NCBI GenBank assembly: GCA_002269645.1
Contig: NIVC01000129.1
Coordinates: forward strand, 232,755 to 296,754
Source of the DNA: Macrostomum lignano
Lineage: Eukaryota
Length of the DNA: 64,000 nucleotides
Reading direction: 5' to 3'
Shown here: positions 54,896 to 64,000 of the stretch, in pieces
How the letters are laid out: every line of letters starts with the position of its first letter
Numbering within the stretch: position 1 is the first letter of the stretch
Notes under the pieces: generated by a model
Told to the model about the DNA's origin: nothing
Database searches by the model: none
The model's input: the letters and a program-made list of their open reading frames with translations, nothing else
Position numbers and translations under genes: made by a program

Positions 54896-55435
54896 GTAAT
54901 TTATTATTAATAGATATTATCATTTTAGATAATTAGTAAGGTTATTAATTACTCTTGGGCCAACGTAAAAACCACTTGGCATTATTTTTAATTGGCGTAG
55001 GCATAAACTATCTAATGGGTATTGCTGTAAATTTTAATTTTTATGTCCCACAAAGCGGGTCTAATTTCTAGTTTTAGCTAATTTCAAACAGAAATGCTAT
55101 AAAACCTTTACTTGGCAATTTGAAATCACAATAGTCATAAGCGGGCTTTTGTGCATGAATATTTCTTATAACATGAATATTTTTGAATGGCTGTGTTAGT
55201 TTTATTTAATCTAAATATGTTTTGTCTTTATCATTAATTAGTGGTTGAAATTGTATCAATCCAGCTTGGAAGTTTTAGGAGAAAGTTTTTTTGTATACCT
55301 TAAAAGTTGATGGTTTCTAAGAAACAGTTTCTGGCCCTTCCTAAGTAGGTATTATCTATTGTATTCATAGTATTAACACAGCTATACAGTACATATTGCA
55401 CGTTCGATTGTCATCCATGCCTACACAAATTGCAG

Positions 55436-56212
55436 TCTCGTCAGTCATCCAGGCCGGGCAGCGTCCACTCGGTGCACACGCCCGAGCCGCCGCCGCCGCC
55501 GATGCCGCCCCACTCAATGCCCGGCGGCTGCTCCAGCTCCGGCTACCGCTACGCCCCTGGCCCGCCGCCGCCATCCTCAATGCCAATGATGCCGCACACT
55601 CACCATCACCATCCCAATCATCTTCCTCCGCCGCCTCCCCATCATCACGGCCCGCTTCCTCATCAGGGCCTGCCGAGGCCGCCACCGGCTCCGCTGCACC
55701 ATCACCATCCCGGAACTGGCGGCGGCCCCGCCGGCTTTCACGCCGGTCCGGCGCCGGCCATGCCGCCGATGCCGCCCCATCATCACCGTCCCATGCATCC
55801 CCACCACCCGATGCCGCCGCCACCGCCGCCCCCGCCGCCGACAGCCGACTTGCGAGTCCACGAGATCAACAAGCGCCTGTCGCAGCGGCCGCGGGACACG
55901 CCGATTCAGTGGTGGCACAGCTTCGCTAACGAATTCTTCGAAGACGACGCCGTTATGATTTTGTCAATTGGCCCGCTGCCAGACGAGCCCGGCCCGAAGT
56001 CCTACGTCATTGGCCGGGTTCTAATACCCAGATTCTTTCAATACCTGCTGGAAGGCTGCGATGAAGCCTATTTCTGGCTGAGAGCGCCTCACGAGTCGTT
56101 GCTGGGCCCGCCGCCGAGGCCGGGGCCGCCAGTACCACCACTTCTGGTGCTGTCCTGCCAGGCTGGGGAGCTGGTCACCAGCTATTATCGGGTGCAGCCG
56201 GTCATGTGCAAG
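55436..56212 (+). CDS. LDB1: LIM-domain-binding protein (LDB1/2, Chip orthologue), exon with dimerisation domain; start uncertain
   Basis: DLRVHEINKRL..WWHSFANEFFEDDA..GPKSYVIGRVLIPRFF..EG matches the LDB dimerisation domain. Candidate acceptor ttgcag at 55435; aag|gtatga donor. Confidence 0.9.
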
Positions 56213-56226
56213 GTATGAGAGACTTT

Positions 56227-56514
56227 AATAATGATAATAATTGATTACACCTGCCCTAATGGCCACATGTGGCCACATGTGCAACCGACAGCTCAGCTAA
56301 GGGTGCGTACGGCTGTTCAGTCCAAGGACTGGGGGTCGCCACACACACCCTCAATGACCCCAGCTAATGCTAGCACCCATTTTACAGCTGGGTGAACTGA
56401 AGCAATGCAGAGTTAAGCGTCGTGCTCAAGGACAAGAACACAAATTTTTCCGAGTTCTGGGTCGAGAATCGAACCTCCAACCTTTCAGTCGTGAGTCCGA
56501 GAGCTACAACCCCC
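56227..56514 (-). mobile_element. tRNA-derived SINE with a V/Meta-type central domain, in the LDB intron
   Basis: Minus strand: B-box GGTTCGATTC, then GTCCTTGAGCACGACGCTTAAC..CACCCAGCTGTAAAATGGGT and an (ATT)-like tail; A-box partly missing. Confidence 0.7.
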
Positions 56515-57195
56515 TATAAAGAGACCTATAGAGTTGTAATTCATTCAGCCTGGGCGGCTTCTGTGTTCAGTTCCCTTTTGCATTGTCAGCGGCTACACTC
56601 TTTGTGCATTGAGGATATTGGTCCACGCGTGGGCGAGAATTCCCATTAAAAAGCCATACCGTAAAAAAAAATCGCTTTAAAGTCTCAACTCTCAAGTGAC
56701 TCAAGCGACTAGTGACTTTTTAACGACTCAAACGTGTCTAATGCAACAGAGAGGCGACTGTTGCATCAGTTGCACCATCGTAGGTATAAGATTCGCAAAA
56801 GAATTCGCCTAATAATTGTTGTGTTGGCGCTTAACTTTCGCTAGATAAGCAACTAGATATGCCCAAGAGTCACTTGCGTCTCCCCAGAGTTGCAGACAAT
56901 AAAGCACCTCGAACTGCTCAAAGTGACTCTTTGACGATTTTTTGCGACTTGCACCGTGACGTCTCATCGTTTTCAATTCGTTTAAGAGTCACTTCTTTTC
57001 TATTTTACCTGTGTTACTTGAAACGACTCTGGCGCAGCGACGCAAGAGACCCAATCTGTGACCGCCTTAGGTACCGCTTTCGTCGGGAATACTCAAAACA
57101 AATTTCGCTAAAAGACCCCACAGGGGGGCAGAGAGCTAGTCACAGTATACTAAATTCTGACATGCCATCTCCCAACACGTATCTCACTGTTCCAG

Positions 57196-58305
57196 GTACT
57201 GACAGACGTGGCTTTGAACATCGAATTCATCATGGATGACCAGATGCGAGTCCGCCTATGGAGTATGGAGGTGCGCGGATTCCGTGAACTAGTGCCCCGC
57301 CTGATGCTGCAGTCGCCGCCGCCGCCTCATCATCAGCATCCGCATTTGCAGCATCACCCGCCGCCCGGCCCTTCCAAGGCTCTGTTGGACATGGCGTCCA
57401 AGAACATGACTAGGGCCGGCCTGCCCAACGATCTGGTGCATTTCGCCCGCCTGTCGGCCATCCTGCAGCCCATGCAGGAGCTCATGGCCATGCAGAGACA
57501 GTTCGGTCACGCGCCGCGCCAGTGTCTGCACAACGTGCTCTACCGCAAGTGGCAACGCGAGACCGGGAGTAGCGGCGGCGGCGGCAGCAACGGACCGCCG
57601 ACTGCCAACGGCGGCCCGTCGTCCGCAGCGTCCGGCGATTCGTCAAAGTCGAACGGCAAAGGCGGCGGTAAAGGCGGCGGCAAGGCGGGCGCCGGCAAAG
57701 GCAAGAAACGGAAAGCCGCTTCGGCCGCTTCCGGTGACGGCGCCGCCGGTCAGGGCGCCAAGAAGGCGGCCAGGGCGAGTCCTTCATCGGCTGCTAATGC
57801 GGCAGCGGCGGCGGCGGCAGCGGCAGCTTCCACCGGCATACTGGGACCGGCCGACGTGATGGTCGTGACGGAGCCAACCATGATGGGCTGCGGAGGGGGC
57901 GCAGAAGCAGACGAGAGGCTGATCACTCGGCTGGAGAATTCGCAGTTCGACCCCAGCCGATCCACGTCCTCGGCCTCGTCCGGATTCTACAACAATATGA
58001 ATCACCTCGGCCATAATAATAATAATAATATTCATGATAATAATGGCGGCAACGGCAAGATGGGCATGCTGCCGCCGCCTCCCATGATGATGATGCACCA
58101 GCAGCACCCGCATCATCATCAGCTTCAGCAGCAGCCGCCTCCGCCGCGCCCTCCGCCGCCTCCTCCGCCTCCGCCGGTGTCCAGCAGCGTCCAGCAGCAA
58201 CCGCCGCCGCCCCCGCACATGGCACCATCGCCGGCTGGCAGCGTGGGGTCTTGCCGGAGCAAGCCGAACACCCCCATGAGCCTCAGCCATCCATCGCCGT
58301 GTTAG
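57196..58305 (+). CDS. LDB1: LDB/Chip, terminal exon (LCCD, NLS, LIM-interaction domain)
   Basis: ttccag acceptor, phase 0. EFIMDDQMRV, SKNMTRAGL, ILQPMQELM..PRQCL..LYRKWQR, KKRKA and DVMVVTEPTMMG..DERLITRLENSQFD. Confidence 0.92.
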   Translation, partial: VLTDVALNIEFIMDDQMRVRLWSMEVRGFRELVPRLMLQSPPPPHHQHPHLQHHPPPGPSKALLDMASKNMTRAGLPNDLVHFARLSAILQPMQELMAMQRQFGHAPRQCLHNVLYRKWQRETGSSGGGGSNGPPTANGGPSSAASGDSSKSNGKGGGKGGGKAGAGKGKKRKAASAASGDGAAGQGAKKAARASPSSAANAAAAAAAAAASTGILGPADVMVVTEPTMMGCGGGAEADERLITRLENSQFDPSRSTSSASSGFYNNMNHLGHNNNNNIHDNNGGNGKMGMLPPPPMMMMHQQHPHHHQLQQQPPPPRPPPPPPPPPVSSSVQQQPPPPPHMAPSPAGSVGSCRSKPNTPMSLSHPSPC

Positions 58306-58484
58306 TTTTAGCTGATTTCTGATTTCTGATGAATTTCTGTCATTTTTTAGCTGCTTTGTTGCTTTTTTTGCTTGCGTTGCAGCGGAACTGGGGACAGTCG
58401 CTGTTATTTTTATAGCAGTTACGTTGTACTTTTACAGCGTTTTAGTGCATGCTGCTAGAGTTTACAGTGTACTGCGATTGTGTA

Positions 58485-59015
58485 CTTCACTGGTTACAGA
58501 GTGTACAGTAGTACTGTGTACTCACTAGTTACAGAGTGTACAGTAGTACTGTGTACTCACTGGTTACAGAGTGTACAGTAGTACTGTGTACTCACTGGTT
58601 ACAGAGTGTACAGTAGTACTGTGTACTCACTGGTTACAGAGTGTACAGTAGTACTGTGTACTCACTGGTTACAGAGTGTACAGTAGTACTGTGTACTCAC
58701 TGGTTACAGAGTGTACAGTAGTACTGTGTACACTGGTTACAGAGTGTACAGTAGTACTGTGTACACTGGTTACAGAGTGTACTGTAGTACTGTGTACACT
58801 GGTTACAGAGTGTACAGTAGTACTGTGTACACTGGTTACAGAGTGTACAGTAGTACTGTGTACACTGGTTACAGAGTGTACAGTAGTACTGTGTACACTG
58901 GTTACAGAGTGTACAGTAGTACTGTGTACACTGGTTACAGAGTGTACTGTAGTACTGTGTACACTGGTTACAGAGTGTACTGTAGTACTGTGTACACTGG
59001 TTACAGAGTGTACAG
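58485..59015. repeat. 33-35 bp minisatellite (GTACAGTAGTACTGTGTACACTGGTTACAGAGT)
   Basis: About 16 tandem copies, each containing the inverted repeat ACAGTA-G-TACTGT. Confidence 0.95.
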
Positions 59016-60510
59016 TTGTACTTACAGGCAAAGCATGCTATCGACTAACGAACAAAGAGCCAAGACAGAAACGCTAATCTAATTCACTCTTTGTTTGCCG
59101 CGATTTTTTTATCCGTTTTTAAAGTTGCAGAATTTTTTTTAAAATGTAGTTTCTATCGATATTGTGTAATTAAAAGCTCTTACAATGTTTTTAATAATTT
59201 AATTTCTTTGTCTCAATCAAGCAGTTTGGAATCTCTCTTTTATTTATCTAGCCGTGGCTGTTTGAACTTTTGTGTGCAATAAATTACATGTCAGAAATGG
59301 AATCATGTAGTTCCTTGTCTTGTATATGTTAGTGTGCATATATATGCAGTAATCAGTGTAAGAAATTGTCTCTACATGTGCAAAATTACAGTTTCTGCTG
59401 CTTGTTTATTGTTGTTTATTGTCGTCTGTTTTTGAGTGTCCGAGTCCCCCGAGACCAGCCTTGCCAACCCCAGTGACTGCACCAATTAAACACCTGTCCT
59501 TAACTATGCTAATCAATCAACAGCTTACGTCTCATTCGCAGTTGATATTAATTTACAAACCGGGGCCACAGATATGCGCACAAGATACTACTTATCTGCT
59601 GTGTATGTTTTTTAAAAAACAATTTTAAGTAGTCTGCGCGCAATTTTGCCATCTAAATTTGTATTTTTCCTGCTACAAAAATGCAGCTAATTTGGATCCT
59701 GCGTTTTTTAATAGGATCGTTTTTTACCTGCCCTTTTTAATGCTGCACCGCCTTGAAGGTGTGCCCAGGTAATATTTAATCAGCTCTCTGTAGCAGCTTG
59801 AATGAATGAATACTCCTGATTTGCACTTTTATCTGTAGTTCATCCCCAGAGCTCGCTTGTTAATAACCGCAGCTGTTCTCATATATTTAATACACTTAAC
59901 GCATCCCTGTCTAATTAACCTGCTCTGATTTTTGTTCATTGTGCATTCACTTTGACGCTGTTAAAGTGACTTGTTTGTACAGAAAATTTTATTTATTTAT
60001 ATATTTATTTAACGACTAAAATGAATATTATACACGAATTCGGGCTTGCGCGTGTTAAAGTGCATATGCATATATTTATTGCTAGTAATGTGTCTATAAC
60101 TAACTATAAGCTAGTTTATTAGAGAAGTTTCCTTTCTTTTCGTTTCAACAATAAGCACAACCAGCGCAGCTCATACTTTCTTGATCGTCGGGCACGTGCA
60201 CTCCCTGTGCCTTGGGGACTGGCCCCAAATGGCATGATTATTTTGATGCTGAAAGTTTAATCTAATTCAGAAATTGTTAAATTGTTAAATAGCGTTTTAA
60301 CAAACTTAGTTCAGTTTGACGTTTACTAAAAACTTGGAAATATTCTAGACTCTCAAGAGACTTAGTGCGCTCGTATACTCCTGGCATGTTAAAGTCCAGG
60401 TATCAATCTTAAACAGCTTTTGTCTATGGTAGCAATTTGGCCATAGCGGCTCTATAGTTTCACCCTAGCTTTTCATTTAGACATGATCAATAGTCACAAG
60501 CAGTGAGGAC

Positions 60511-61813
60511 TAGGGAAGGGAATACAAAATCCCCCGGGTTTTGCCAATCCCGGGATTCTCGGGATCGGGATATCCCGGACTTCGAAAACCCCGGGGATTC
60601 TCGGGATCGGGATATCCCGGACTTCGAAAACCCCGGGGATTCTCGGGATTGGGATATCCCGGACTTTTTCAATCCCGGGAATTCCTCGGGATTGGGATAT
60701 CCCGGACTTCGAAAACCCCGAGGATTCTCGGGATTGGGATATCCCGGACTTTGCCAATCCGGATCTCGACAAATTGGGCCGGGATCCCGGGATTAAAAAA
60801 AGTTTCTAATCTTTGTTGGCGCAATTTTGGTTTACGAAGCCATCTAGACTGGTTTTAAAGGGCTTTCAATAATAAATTAGAACAGAATAAGATTTTGCTA
60901 ACAAGAAAGTTGAAGAAGCTGACAGTGAGCTCTGAATTGGAGTGTGATGTACGGGCTGGCGTAATAGACGTGCTTTTTTACATGCCAGTATCAGCTCAGG
61001 AAGATCACACTTGATTGTGATGTAACCTAGGGAATGATAGCTTAGATTTGGATCTATGACCAGAGGTACTGACACCAGGGTAGAAGGGGATCAGACCTCA
61101 CCCGCCCTAAATGGAGAACTGGTAGCTTGGGTTGTGGTCCGATAGCAAGTTCCCACTGTTCTGATCCCAACTACGGCCAATGAGGTTTGAAGGTAGGGAC
61201 TGCTTAAAGTACATGTAGTTCTGCCACCACCTCTATGCTGGGCATCCTGACAGTGTTGAGAATGAGGTCTTTCGCATAGGGGGGCTTCTGATCTAGGCTG
61301 AGACCCCTTGATTTTAGCTGGGTTTGAGATTGAGGGAGAGTTCAAATGAACAAGTGATTTGACTCCCGTCTGGCAAGCTAATAGCGCTGTGATCGGAAAC
61401 AATGAGGAATTGCCTTCTATTACTTTAGGCTCTGTGCACAGGTTTTTGAATAATAATTACATTAGTCTGCGAGTACCATATGCATACAGTTGCACGTACA
61501 TTGTTACACCTGAAATCTCCTACGATCTGCCAACAGCTTCAGTTTTGTATCCCTGCAGCCCTAGCCTTCTCACTAGCCTGCATGCTACGCGTAAAAAGAT
61601 TAATAAATCAAAGCAGGACAACTGGGTTATGAATTTTCACCTGACGAGATACATGTACTACTATTCGAGAATGAATGATTGAATTATTGCAAAGCGGGGT
61701 CGTGATCCCGATGATCCATTCCCGGGATTTTCGAATCCCGGACGAGTGTGATCCCGGGATTCAGAATCCCAGGATTTGGGCCTAATCCCGGGATCCCGGG
61801 ATTTTATTCCCTA
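60511..61813. mobile_element. Candidate non-autonomous hAT-like element with subterminal ATCCCGGGAT palindrome arrays
   Basis: Ends TAGGGAA..AAAATCCC / GGGATTTTATTCCCTA, with palindrome clusters at 60530-60795 and 61700-61805. No TSD found. Confidence 0.5.
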
Positions 61814-62694
61814 GATCAAATTAAATTATGCTGCTGAGCCAGTCATGCCATAGTCAAAAGCTCATTACAGTCAGCCTAATGGTGTTGAAATGAAGTTGAA
61901 AAGCACGGCAGGCCACCCACTGAGATGTCTATGGCCAAGAGCCCCTTGGTTTTCAGCAAGTGCAAAGCCAAGACATGTCTCTGGTAAATCCTCTCGAGAG
62001 GCCTCAACAGCAGACTATTCAAACTTTAACACGCATCTCTTAAACACTTATTTGAAGTTTGATGACCTTCAGAAAGGATTTTTGATTTTGCCAAGTTACG
62101 GCATTTATTTGGTCTGCACTTGTATATTTGCGCTCTAATAATTTTCGGCCGTTATTATTAAATTGATAAGAGATAATTTGTGCTAATAAAAAGTTTTACT
62201 ACTAAATGAGGGCAGAGTTCAGTTAAAACTTCTGGTTTAAGAACCAGACTGAAATAAAAAGGTGTTGTTTTAACTTAATTAAGACTTTAGGGTATCTAAT
62301 TACTTTAAGTTCGTAAGTTTGCGTTTTAAAGATGCTTGCTGGCTGGACTTAAAATAAAGACTTTTTAATTTCAAGATGCTCTCTCCACAGAATATAAATA
62401 AATTCAATACATCGTGCTCAGGATCATCGGCAGTATAGAGATCTCCACTCAATCTGCAATTTAAAATCTGCCATCCTGCTGCGTGTTCAGTCTGGCATAC
62501 TTCTCTGAGACCCATTCAGGGTGCACGCTGAATGTTGAGCGCTGGGCTGGTCGGGCGTTCTGTGGGTCGGTGCGGCCGGGTTTGGTTCATCGATACGGAA
62601 GTGAAAAGCATGTGTATGAATATGAATATCCGGCTAATGATTAATCTCTCGTCTACCAGATATTGTGCTACCTATCTGAGCAGCAACTTTCAGG

Positions 62695-63058
62695 ACCCCT
62701 AGTTGCTGGGCCAGCCTCCCAGGGTGTAGTTTCTGGGCCACCAGCCTCCCAGGGTGTAGTTTCTGGGCCACCAGCCTCTCAGGGTGTAGTTTCTGGGCCA
62801 CCAGCCTCCCAGGGTGTAGTTTCTGGGCCACCAGCCTCCCAGATCCTCAGTTGCTGGGCCAGCCTCCCAGATCCTCAGTTGCTGGGCCAGCCTCCCATAT
62901 CGTCAGTTACTGGGCCACCAGCCTCCCAGATTCTCAGCTGCTGGGCCACCAGCCTCCCAGATTCTCAGTTGCTGGGCCACCAGCCTCCCAGATCCTGAGT
63001 TACTGGGCCACCAGACTCTCAGATCCTCAGTTACTGGGCCACCAGCCTCCCAGATCCT
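62695..63058. repeat. About 30-bp minisatellite (CTGGGCCACCAGCCTCCCAG core)
   Basis: Tandem copies of two variant types. Confidence 0.92.
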
Positions 63059-63084
63059 CGTGCCGCCCCACGCAGCCCACCAGA

Positions 63085-63209
63085 AACCCGGCTCCGGGAT
63101 AAGCGTAATCCCCGCAAGCGGCCGCCTGCATCCGCGCCAGCTGCTCCCGCTTGGCGCGCCGGAATTCGTTGTCGCCCATCGTACCGAACAGCGCCTGCGG
63201 ATCCGTTCT
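63085..63209 (-). CDS. Possible isolated exon of an unidentified minus-strand gene
   Basis: cctcacctgcag acceptor; TDPQALFGTMGDNEFRRAKREQLARMQAAACGDYAYPGAGFL with GC3-rich codons. No family recognised. Confidence 0.3.
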
Positions 63210-63460
63210 GCAGGTGAGGAAAATAATCGAACAGAGTCAACTTGATGACGAATGACGTGTACTCCTAAGTTAATTGATTAACTGTATTCAAGACTATATA
63301 AGCTCTGCTGGATAGAGTAATTTGAATCTGGCACAAATCCCCATGATTAAACCGTGACGTCAGTTTCTTGCATCTGGCGGCATTACAATAAAATGTTCCC
63401 CAACTCCACAATGTCTTAATGTACATGTAAGTCTGGCGCGACTAGCCTAAGTCTAGTGCG

Positions 63461-64000
63461 ATTTTCCTACATCTGACGCCATTTTCCTACATCTGACGCC
63501 ATTTTTCTACATCTGGCGCCATTTTCCTACATCTGGCGCCATTCTCCTACATCTGGCGCCATTTTCCTACATCTGGCGCCATTTTCCTACATCTGGCGCC
63601 ATTTTCCTGAATCTGACGCCATTTTCCTACATCTGGCGCCATTTTCCTACATCTGACGCCATTTTCCTACATCTGACGCCATTTTCCTACATCTGGCGCC
63701 ATTTTCCTGAATCTGACGCCATTTTCCTACATCTGGCGCCATTTTCCTACATCTGACACCATTTTCCTACATCTGGCGCCATTTTCCTACATCTGGCGCC
63801 ATTTTCCTACATCTGGCGCCATTTTCCTACATCTGACGCTATTTTCCTACATCTGGCGCCATTTTCCTACATCTGGCGCCATTTTCCTACATCTGGCGCC
63901 ATTTTCCTACATCTGGCGCCATTTTCCTACATCTGGCGCCATTTTCCTACATCTGGCGCCATTTTCCTACATCTGACGCCATTTTCCTACATCTGACGGC
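63461..64000. repeat. 20-bp minisatellite (ATTTTCCTACATCTGGCGCC), runs off the window
   Basis: At least 26 tandem copies. Confidence 0.97.

Overview
Eukaryotic (animal) genomic DNA with spliced, GC-rich, polyQ/polyP-containing genes separated by many unrelated mini- and microsatellites and transposons. The TTAGGG repeat and the repeat landscape suggest a flatworm such as Macrostomum; this is inference only. All splice models were built by hand from GT/AG sites and reading-frame continuity, and all family calls rest on recognised motifs, not on database searches. Genes on the + strand: a DUF3715 (TASOR/TEX15-type pseudo-PARP) protein (22-3917, 5' end outside the window); a secreted PAN/Apple plus C-type-lectin-like protein (6383-11308); an espin/forked-like actin bundler (about 18243-26544); a possible small transmembrane protein (31125-32133); and an LDB/Chip LIM-domain-binding protein (55436-58305). 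Mobile elements: a full-length LOA-clade LINE with a 13-bp TSD (43855-49235); an internally deleted P-superfamily element with a 7-bp TSD and an intact THAP ORF (33231-34882); two Tc1/mariner remnants; a Gypsy 3' remnant with its LTR; a tRNA-derived SINE; a hAT-like non-autonomous element; and an inverted pair of AT-rich Helitron-type repeats. An interstitial (TTAGGG)n array lies next to its own unexpanded paralogous seed. Most long ORFs in the supplied track are translations of tandem repeats and are not considered genes.
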